A stretch of DNA of 64,000 nt from Pocillopora damicornis. Its lineage: Eukaryota. The position numbers were made by a program, and so were the translations under genes. Within the stretch, counting starts at the first letter, position 1, and each line of letters begins with the position of its first letter. This document shows positions 1 to 10,148 of this stretch, piece after piece. The notes below the pieces were generated by a model, which saw only the letters and a program-made list of their open reading frames with translations, was not told the DNA's origin and did not search any database. The stretch is taken from NCBI RefSeq assembly GCF_003704095.1, contig NW_020844865.1, positions 62,001 to 126,000 on the forward strand, written 5' to 3'.

Positions 1-11
1 TAAGTTCTTAC

Positions 12-3000
12 CTCAGAAATAAATTTGACATCGGGTATCTGGAAAAATTTACCACCTGTCTTTAGGGAAATTCCTGTGAAAAAGTCGGTCACTAAGTCAT
101 GTGCTGGGTCTGGAATGTATGCTGGCTCTGGCTGGGAGATCACAATAGTATGAAGAGTGACATAATTCTTTGTAAGCTGATGACAGAGCTTCATTACATC
201 ATGGCCATGTTCACACTGAAAATTTTCAAGAGTTTTTCTTTGATCCAATATGGCTACAATAAAATAGATGAAGACAAAATGCTATTAATCATGATTCGTG
301 AATCTTATAAAATTGCAATAATAATCTAGATATTTCTATGTGAAGCCATAAATGAAAGCAGTATCTTCTCATTCATAGCTTTACCACAATCTCAAGGAAG
401 TAATACCCTGAACTTTGCAGCCACAGAGGTTATTAATATATTTATATTAATATATGTAGCAGGTAATTTAGTGTTAACAACGGAGTTGCAAATGTAAATT
501 GGTCAAGGCAAAGTTCTACAACTGTAAGCATTATCTGAGGCAGTGAGTTCCCATAGCTTTTCTTGTAATTCTTTACAAATGACTTTATTTATACTCACGC
601 AGTAATATGCAGACTTTGATGGCATTTTTGCGACACTTTAAGTTGTTACTATCGCCGCCAACTTCACTGAGTTGGACTGCTAGTGCCAGTCCATCTGCCA
701 GCCCTCTTGTTCCACCTGGCCTCCCAAGGCGACGCAGGCTTTCTATGGTTTCTTTCATAATATCCTTTCTGTCTGTAAATTTCTGTATGAGTGCTGTGTT
801 ATTGATTCGAGGATCACCAGATCGCATTCCAGGGCGTGGATGCCTTTGATGGTTTTGGTAACTGATGAGTGCCAGTCTGAGATGGAAATTGTCAAAAATA
901 TCATTGATCAGGTGCCTCAGTTGAGTCTTCAGACGTCCTAACAGCACTGGATTTGATAAAGCACAGTCAACGACTAGAATCAGGTCCAGGTTGTTTTCAT
1001 TGTGATTGCAATCTGCATGTGTAGCAAAGAAAACAGAAAAAAATTGAAACACATTCACAAAACAGAACAGCATATCAAAATGCATAGAACATTCTTTCCA
1101 ATTTTGTTCACAAGTCTGTATATCAGCTGTAAATAGGAAGAGATGGCAAAGAAAGGAAACATCAAGGAAAAAGTTACTGCTAGATTTTTTTTATAGTCTA
1201 GTTATTTCCTTCTGATTTCTCCTCATAATTTCATTAAATTGTCAAGGTGAGAGGTGATGAGGAAAAACTCATTAAAGCAACAACTAGGCACCTTGACCTG
1301 ACACCAAATTCTTGGGACTAGAACAAGAACAACTGTAAGAACTGTGTGATTGACTAAGCAATTGATAATAGGACCTTGAAAGTGAAATGGGTTAATATCA
1401 AAACGACAAATCTAAATGACTAATTGTACTTGGGCTACAAAAATGTCACCCTATTCAAAAACACATTTTACCGACAGTAATCGACAGGAGAATTTTTGAT
1501 ATCCCTCCATACATCTCTATACCTGTTATGCTGAGAAGAATATTGCTTGGAAAAAATTTAACTCTAACCTTGACTCAAAATGAGTCAATGTTGATTCACA
1601 TCATTTACTAACTTACAGTAAGACTACATATTAAATATCTTATGCAAACATATATTCTTGACTGAAATTTTTTTAATCCTCAAAAGGATTCAAACACCAC
1701 AGCCTGTTCCAATTTTGCAGTTAGATGCTTGAAGTCAAAGCCCAACACTTTGCTTTGATTTATGAACATGAGCATCTATGGTACTTTTCCCTATTATCAT
1801 TACTTCCTCATATCCAAAGTTTATCATCTTTTACTTTCAATTGACATATTAAGTAATTAATTGTGATGACTATTTTGTGGGTTCATTTTTATAAGTTAAC
1901 ATCCACACTGTTACAAGCACTCACCTGGAGTGATTAAAGAGAGTGAGCGTGTAATTGGCTGCAATAGAATTTGAGATTCATTGCCAATTCTCACTGCTTT
2001 GACCCCACAATGGTTAAGCCAAGGAAGTTTGTGAATGGCAGCCCATCGAAGGCTGTCTACCATTTCCTTCCTATTGGGGATTTTAAAATTTAAATTCCAC
2101 CAATTGACTCCCACTTACTCACTTCCTTCCAGGTATATTTCTGAGGGATCAAAACCCAGAAATGCATTCATGCTGTGCACAAGGTTTTGCTGCACATTGA
2201 CATCTGCTTGCATACCAAAAGAGAAGCAGACCAGCTCCACAGCTGCAGAAGTAACAAATAAAATTTATCTTTGGTAGAATGGACTTTTTGTTAGTACATC
2301 AACAACAAATGACTCCTGTCAACCCTCTCTTACCCTCTCCTACTTGCACCTTGAACTGACTAGATCTAATTCAATCATGTTACCCTGAATCTAATATAAT
2401 TGTCATGCATTTCCTGCACTTAGCACACCCTCAGTACCTTGAATCCTTCAAAACTTTTTTTCATTTATTTAAAATATAATAGTGCTAGCTGTCCCCCAAA
2501 ACAATGGGGTCATGTTTCCAGGGGCTGGGATACATTGAACTGCAGTTCACTGATTATCTTCATAGAGTTTAGCTGTTTAACACCTTTTTCTCCAGATTGT
2601 TCCACTTTGACTGAGCTTCTCAACATCACAATAAACTTTGATTTAAATGTGCAATTGGCGTGATCAGAAATACTGGTCGATTAGTGTTAACAACCATAAA
2701 TAAATTTACACTATTTCAAATCTAATGCACAGGTCAACAAAAACCAGCCACTTCATTCCACAGACGGGTATTCAATATCCCTGGGCTCTGAGCTCAGAAT
2801 TAACTAAACCATTGAAGAGCAAGCAACTATCATTACATTAAATTTTAACCAGAGAATTCCCTCTTTTCAGCTTTACGAACTGTTCTGCTTTATTCAGTGA
2901 TGGACTAAGTTTGCACTGTTCATAGTTAACCATAGTTATGATGACGTACCAATGGCAAAATTTCTGGCAATGGCTTTTGAAATTTTATAACTCCACAGTT

Positions 3001-3968
3001 TTCTTATTCTTGCCACCATTTGCTACCCCCCTATTCAAGGTCAGAGCAGTTGGAGGAGTCATTTGAGGTGGACCTAATCTTGCTAGTTTGGGTAACACTC
3101 ACATGTTGCTGAATGGAAAATTTCCCAAAGGAACATGTCTGGATCACAACAGAAGCTCTCAGTCCTATGGTAGTTGTTTTCTAGCCCTTATAAAGAGGTT
3201 TCTGCTCTGCCAGTGGTGCAGTATTCACCGTTAAGAGTTGATCAATTCGAGCTTCAACATCCCCCTCCCCAAGCATCAGGTAATTTGACTGTCATCCTTG
3301 CCCTGGGGTGAAGAATTTTAATCTTGTCTGGATGGGATGGGAAGTGTCAAGTCTTCTCCGCGGAATAAACACGTTCACCATCAAATCTGGCATTTGGGTA
3401 GGGCATTTGAACACAATTTTGGCCCCAGTTTGGGGACGGGAATTTGAACAAACCAATCTGCAAAATTTCAAATGCCCAAGAGGGGGAGGGCGCGTTGACG
3501 CTTCGAATTGATCGACGTATAACACTGGTTTTATCTTGGGGCACTTATATCAATGAATTGAGTCCTTGATCTTATAATATTAAAAAATCAACCATTTGTA
3601 TATCGGCATTATTCTAATTACAAAGAAAAATGAAGAAAATCCAATGCTGTCACATTACCTGGTGATTCACTCTGTCTATAAGCTCTTACACGTTTCACAA
3701 GATCGAGCCTTTTAACGTCCTTTAGAAGTTTCTCAAGGTTGTCTAAGTTGTCCTCTCCCAAGAGACCCTGTTGTAACATTTTTGAAAACAAATCTCTTGG
3801 TTTGCTACACTTCTCCAGATGTCCTGACGGGATGGATCCCTGCAGTATAAATTTCAAGCCTTGTAACTGGTCTTCCTCGATTTCTTGAGACAGTCGCTCC
3901 AAGAATCTTCGAAACTTGTTCAGTATGATTCCTCCGCTCACAACAACCCGAGAATCGCCATGAGCCAT
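12..3968 (-). CDS. DED + TRADD-N-like + von Willebrand A domain protein, 3'-partial (continues off window start); in-frame TAA in exon 2
   Basis: Exons 3968-3659, 2242-1925, 1012-599 and 253-12 all have GT-AG boundaries with consistent phases (1,1,1,0). Exon 1 is DED-like (FRRFLERLSQEI..DQLQGLKFILQGSIP...LE...PRDLF..MLQQGLLGEDNLDNLEKLLKDVKRLDL, RxDL motif). Exons 3-4 are vWA-like (LDLILVVDCALS..RLALISYQNH..FT..KVCILL..C.HGHD..VTLHTI..DFFTGISLKTGGKF). TAA at 2117-2115. Confidence 0.75.
457..506 (-). repeat. Degenerate fragment of the Penelope-type repeat at 24610-24742 (lacks the ribozyme part)
   Basis: tagcaggtaatttagtgttaacaacggagttgcaaatgtaaattggtcaa aligns to 24641-24690 with about 42/50 identities by manual count. 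Confidence 0.7.
1200..1395. mobile_element. Degenerate copy of the TTAA-flanked MITE family (see 53678 and 57401)
   Basis: Internal motifs (tttctcc..ataat, ggtgatgag, caccaaattct) and the end ...gtgaaatgggttaa resemble the copy at 57401-57612. Confidence 0.45.
3231..3522. mobile_element. MITE with ~40-bp imperfect terminal inverted repeats (PIF/Harbinger-like), in intron 1 of the DED gene
   Basis: The left end ttaagagttgatcaattcgagcttcaacatccccctcccc matches the reverse complement of the right end ttatacgtcgatcaattcgaagcgtcaacgcgccctccccct. The ends are TTA/TAA. Confidence 0.75.
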
Positions 3969-4272
3969 GAGTGCGAGCCATCAACCAAGTAAAGTCGTCT
4001 GAATGTTGCCTTCATCCAGTTTTCAGGTTCATATCATGCTGCAAATTCACGAATCAACAGAACTTCCATCGTCTTTGGCGGAAGGAGCTGTTAACCTGTT
4101 TCGCATGACAACGCTAAAGAGTTTATTTGAATGTTGATAACCTTATGTGACGCATATTCCGAACCTCATACCCAGGGTCTTTGTTCAAAGGTCGCCCCGT
4201 CCTAAGGGACCGACAACAGATACATGCCCATCGATGTCCACCGCCCTTTAGCCTTCACATCCACTTCCTTCA

Positions 4273-4372
4273 NNNNNNNNNNNNNNNNNNNNNNNNNNNN
4301 NNNNNNNNNNNNNNNNNNNNNNNNNNNNNNNNNNNNNNNNNNNNNNNNNNNNNNNNNNNNNNNNNNNNNNNN
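4273..4372. other. Assembly gap (100 N, size probably unknown)
   Basis: Run of exactly 100 N. Confidence 0.99.
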
Positions 4373-4422
4373 CCATCCTGTTCATCATCTGATTGTCTTC
4401 TGGAGCCCCCACCAGGAGCCAT
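4373..4422 (-). CDS. First coding exon fragment of an unidentified gene (MAPGGGSRRQSDDEQD...), truncated by the gap
   Basis: Strong acceptor ctcttttttttag followed by attggaggatcATG and an open frame into the gap. A matching upstream donor (CTG|gtgagt) lies at 6361/6360. Confidence 0.5.
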
Positions 4423-6360
4423 GATCCTCCAATCTAAAAAAAGAGAGTGACTTAACATTACATTCTACAAGTTATTATGGACAAGATTCAGCAAGTTATA
4501 ACACACCCCTACAGTCTCCAAAAATGAAAAAAAAAATGCCTTTTCCAGCTAGCAAGAAGAGAGAAAATTTTAAAAATAAATTATGTACAAGTAGTCATTA
4601 TGAAATGTGCTCAATAGCAAAAAAAAAAATGTTATTTTATTACTGACTCAGAGTTAATTTATATCTATGTCAAGCATCTAGAATTCTGCAAGAACACAAA
4701 CCATTCAGAAGAAGGCAAAACAATTTTATGTAGTCAGTTTCCCAAGGCAACCACAGTATCTGATATCTAAGTCAATATTTACAGAAGGTATTCTTTGTGA
4801 CATTTTTTTAAAAGTATTATTATTCTCATAGTACAAGAAAGTATTGGACTTCAAAAGCTGTTGCTTAAAGAAAATCTAAACAAAATTTGTTACCTAAACT
4901 CAAATATGCACCAGAATCAAGCAATCACCATGTGATTGTCACTCGTCACACTAGCAATTTTCATGGAAAATTTCTTCATCATTTACAACATTTATTATTT
5001 CTGTGACTGAATCTACACTACCAAATGAAAGCACTTAAAAATCACTGCTTCTTAAAAAATATTCACATTTGAATTCTTTTAAGTATAAGAAATCAAAAGC
5101 AAAAAAAACAGTCACAATCTTTTACATGGCAAAAAAGAAACAATTAATTCATAGAACAAATACCTCTGTTTGAATCAAGTATTACTTTCAAGTCTATAAA
5201 AGTTTTCAGTTGTACAATGCTTGTTGGTCCGGTATCCCTATACTGTTTATTAAACTGATTAATCTGCCGTTTATTAATCCTTCAAGTCTAATATTAGATT
5301 TGACATTTCTAAAATTAGAACAAGACAATGAAAGCTTTTATTCCACACTATCAATGATACTTGCCCACAATGGATTTTTATGAGTCATATTCTATCATTT
5401 TCAAATAATTAGCTCATCAGATGTGTTTCTTAAAATAACCCCCTCCTCCAGTAACACTTAGTCCAATGCGATACCCATAACTGCCCCACTCTACATGAAT
5501 GGGAATCAACAACAACAGCGATGCCAGTCAACGAATTCAGACTTCCTGGAACAATCTGTTTTGTTTTAGTTTTGAAAGACTATCACATGGAAAACAGCCA
5601 AGTTTTAATTCGCATCTTTAACCTTTCAATTGATAAACAAATAAATAGATTATTTTTAATTTTCATAGTCGAAAATTAAGTGGGCACGGTTCGTATAGTA
5701 TTGTCGACACAACTTAAGCGTCTCGATGAAAAACATAACTTCTGTTTTGAATTTTTTGGCCCAACCGATACTAAAAATTGATATGTACTTTACTACAAGA
5801 AAATATACCAACAGTTTGAGCACCAACACAAGTTATTTGCGAATAAAATGTATGTGAAATGAAACAGACATCAAACCCAGCTAAACTTGGGCTTATTTCT
5901 TACTACAACGAGAGAAAGCATGTTCGATGCTCAAATCTTTCTTACGCAACTTCGACTTGAATTTATCACTATTCGTTAGTATCTTGACACGGTTTGTACC
6001 TCAGACAACTTGATTTTTTTTTTACTTCCACAGGAGTAAGAGACCAAAAAGAGTTTAACGTACTAGACTAAGTCCCTTTCAAACATTCCAGCAAATTTCA
6101 CTAAGGGAGTCGCGTGCCGTTTACAGCCGCAGAAAAATACAAATTCATCTCGGGTTACAGCGTTGTAAAAACATAAAAGAACAACTGTTGGAAAGATTCC
6201 TGTCGAAACCTTGACAGAGGGCTATTCTCAAAAAATTTTCAATCAATTCTTCAACGATCAAAATATCTTGTCACGTTTGGACATAGCGATCAATAAAATA
6301 AGAAAACCTTTCGGGAAGAAAAAGACTTTCCGATAAATTTTATGCGTTCGATCTACTCAC

Positions 6361-6730
6361 CAGTTTAAGGGAGTGGAATTTAAGACTTGGCTCTTGAAAA
6401 TGTTCCTCAGCTATAAGAGATAATATTTTTCACGTCTTCGTACCCGCGAGTCTCAACCCTGCATATTTAAACCGATGTCATGGCGGAAAGAACCTGGCTG
6501 ATCAAGCGTTCGACGTTGATTGGGCACAATATAAAACGGCTTCCGTGATTCGTGGATTTTTCTCAATTTCAGTGATGTCATCGAATGACGCGCGCCAACT
6601 TCAAAGTTTTCCCGCAACTTTTCTAGCTCGTAAAAAATCGCTAAAGTCGTCCCATGCTTATTTTGAACGCGTTTTAGGCAGAGAAATCATATTTTCTAAT
6701 TGCATTGGACTAGAAAGGCGAGGAAACAAA
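6361..6730. promoter_or_regulatory. CpG-enriched promoter-like region with a minus-strand non-coding first exon (donor at 6360); possibly bidirectional with PEX3
   Basis: Local CpG enrichment, ATTGG/CCAAT boxes (~6519, ~6704), a GCCAT/YY1-like motif at 6479-6485 and a GTGAGT donor. The PEX3 coding exon begins with an acceptor, so it needs an upstream exon. Confidence 0.45.
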
Positions 6731-8611
6731 ATTTCGCTTATTCAGCATTATAAAAACGGGAATTAACCAAAATAACAGAAACAAAAAAGCCATCTGCTGG
6801 TGTTTTTGAAATACGTGCCCAGACAGGTTACAAAGCACACAAAGCAATTAAATATTTCAAGCCATTTATTTTGTCATAATGATTAGACGTGTTTTTCACC
6901 GTTTGTTCTCTATTTTAAGACATGACTCATGAAAGATATGTTACTAGTATTCGCCCATCACATGCCATGGGTAAAAAAAATTGAACCACTTCCACTTTAC
7001 TCAGCAGAAAAGAAAGTAGTTGTTTCCCTTTGGAACGGAAATGGAACGGAAGATAAATCGAGCATGTAGTGCACGTGCTCTATTGTAAGGCGCTAGATCG
7101 GCAGCAGAAGGGTATTTCCCATTTTAATTATTTATAAACTAAGCGGCTCGGTCGGTTAGATCTTCGCAAAAGTACAAAAAGATATAATTGTTTGTTCATC
7201 TACCGACAAAAACGAAACACAAAAGTTATGATATTGATGAACAGAAACCCTGTGATACAACTTTGTAAGGGCTTACTCGGGTTAAGTGCAGAAGAGCATC
7301 CCAATTCTAACTAAATGATAAAACTACAAGTTTTTATACCTGTCTACTCAGAAACTATGAACTTATCATAATCTACAAACGCACCTTTTGATGGCTATGG
7401 TAAATGACAGCTAAAATTCAACTCTGCGCGGTCAAACAAAGCAAACCACGAAAAAAAAACCCACGCTTAACACTCTCCAAAATAGTCGATATGATCTCAC
7501 AGTTCTAACTGAAAAGATATGAGACCCGTACTATCTGTAACTCCTTTTTCGTGGAAATTTTACTTTGCGGAAGTTTGATGCGTGGGTGATCAAAATGCAC
7601 ACAAGTATATTAATCTCAAAGTAAAAGTATTTCCATCTCGTTCTACAGAGTCAGGTCCTTTTTCAAGGCAAGGTGACAATGAACTATTGCTTTGATAGAG
7701 TTAAAAAGAATGGAGAGAAAATCTATCAAATTTAAGTATTGGGCTCTGAGTCTTGAGACTATGCATAAACTTTTGTGAATGCCTTTTCATTGGTGTCATT
7801 AATTCGTTGATTAGCAGACCGCAGAACCTCCGGAACCCATATTTTTTGTAAAGAAAAGTAACGAAACGAAATAAATAACCAAAAAGGCCCTAACACTGTT
7901 TGAAAGTTCGTTTCGGATATACAGAGGATTACACTTAAAGAGAATTATGTTTTAATCGTCCTTGACATCCAACTAGAAATAGCTGACTTTAATTACGGCG
8001 AAATTTACTGTAAAAGGTATGCAATTTTATAAAGAGCTATTAAATGGTTTAGTTTTGATCTATTTTTTTTTCCGTTTCTTTATTCTATAAAGAAAAGTAC
8101 AGGTTCCGCAGTCAAGTAACTCCGCTTTTTTATGCCATTTTACACGTCACGGAAGTGATTTTCCCACCAAAGAAACATTTCTCTCGAAGGCCTTGGGAGC
8201 ATTACAAGTGACAGTGGAAAACACAAGAATAAGATAACATAAGATATTTAATATTTTGCATTCATTTGCATCCAAAAGCATACTTTTAAAGGGGAATACG
8301 TGATGTTTACATAACCGACTGAAATGTAAATAGTGGTTCGAGGAGAATGATTTTTCTTGTTCCCTCCCCTCCCCTCCCCTCTCCCATCCTTGACCTTGAA
8401 CTATTAAGAGTGTATATACAAATATTATGATTGTGATGATTTCAATCAATGGTAATCTGAACTTGTCACTTTTATATCGTTGTCAAGGTCAGTCCTACTA
8501 GATAGTTTCCGCTCTACTGGACGATCTAATTTTATTACGAATTCGAAACTGGTGGCAAACAAAAAGGAAAAAATAAACAAAACTTACAAAACAGACTTAA
8601 ATGAGGATCTA

Positions 8612-8810
8612 AAAGGGCTGATGTTTACAGCTGACAGTTAAAATGTGGCCAAATTATGGCTAACGGTTGATATCTTTTCATTGCGGTCACCAGAAAAAGT
8701 TTTTACGATTAATTTTTTTTCGACTAACGATTGAAATACGTCAATTTTTACGCCTAAAAGCTTAATCTTTTGGCTGTTTTACGACGAACAGTTAGCCCCA
8801 TTAAGACCTT
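8612..8810. repeat. Degenerate interspersed repeat (non-autonomous DNA element-like)
   Basis: Internal periodic motifs (tacagctgacagtta / ggctaacggtt / cgactaacga / acgacgaacagttagccccatt) resemble a coral repeat family recalled from memory. Confidence 0.4.
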
Positions 8811-9596
8811 GTTAACAAGAGGAATCGGGAGGAGGGAAGAGGAAGGCTCTTTGTATGATACCAAGAGATCTTTAACATCATGATAATATCTTGGGTACTA
8901 GTATTGCTCAATTTTTGTCCAAATTATTCTCAATATTATATACATTATGTTCGCTTTTGATATTAAAATTATGCTATTTTCTCTCTAAGTACGATTTCCA
9001 GAAGAAAAAAAAACAAAAAAGTTCAAATTATACATTTATTTGCAATAAAGCATGGTGTCTCCTTAAAATAAGTTTAATATTTGCTCTATGAAAACATTAT
9101 TAACTACTGGACTTACTCCAAGACCAAAAGCGGTGACTTAATGTGTCATAATGTACGATATTAGCATCACGTTTCCCTTCCATGTCTATTTGTCGCCTGT
9201 GAATCGACGCAGTCTTTACTTCCGGTGTGCCCAGTCCCTTAGACGACGAACTACACAGAAATACGGTAATCCACTTCACCTTAGACATTGAAAATTTGAA
9301 AATAGACTGAGACATGGACCGAACTTGAAAATAATCAATTTTAGAGACCAAAGAAGTCATGACTCTAGTGATGTTTCTCTCAAAAAAAAATTTTAAAATA
9401 TGCTGATCATGCTTGAAGTGCAACTTTTATAAAAAGGGAACAGATTATGCTCGTTTTTTCAAATTATGCCTAAAACTATGCTAACACAATCTCTAAGGGC
9501 CCATTCTGATAAGTAGTGATATAAAAATGGGAAGTATCACATTAAAAATGTGTTACCGCTGCGATTACGAAAACTCACATTTCCTAAATGTGACGA

Positions 9597-9700
9597 AGAT
9601 GGGGTCTATAACTGGCCACAGAATAGACCATAATGGAATAGGGATTCTGTAGGACCAGGAGCGACAATCGACCCAAGTATTCCCGCACCCTTCCCCCCTT
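9597..9700. repeat. Interspersed repeat fragment
   Basis: ggccacagaatagaccataatggaatagggattctg...gacccaagta...ccc resembles the end of a common coral repeat recalled from memory. Confidence 0.4.
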
Positions 9701-10148
9701 CCTGAGGCTTACCCACCATGAGTTTTAAAATATGTTACAGAAAGGCAGCAGCCTTTCATTGAAACAGTGCTACCTATTTGTACCAGTCCCCTCGAAGACC
9801 TCTCACTGGCTTCGTAAGATCGCAGGCTCATTTGTTCATGCTAACTTACTTGTTTCTCAAGTACAATGTGTCCGTCCATCAAGGAAATAAGTAACCAAAT
9901 GATTGAATGCAGAAGAACAGACTTGATCTGATAAAATACCTAATCCAGTCAGCATAGTTTAAAGTTTACAAGCACCAGATCGAGAGGGGTACCAGGATCT
10001 TCTTTGCAGATAATGTGACACTTCACCATTTACTTCATGAAGTAGAACCTAATTGCTCGGTGTTCTATGCAAACAGAGCACGAGATATAGTCACGACAGT
10101 GAGAGATGAAGTTTGTTCACTTGATGATCAGCTCTTCTCCATAGCAAT

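Noticed and set aside
431-452. Perfect AT-only palindrome tattaatata-tt-tatattaata
   Set aside because: Low complexity and expected by chance in AT-rich introns.
862-892. CTGATGA...GAAA hammerhead-like string
   Set aside because: No stem II or stem I pairing, and it lies antisense within a coding exon; a chance match.
2115-2117. Selenocysteine or programmed read-through at the internal stop
   Set aside because: The codon is TAA, not TGA, and no read-through context is evident.
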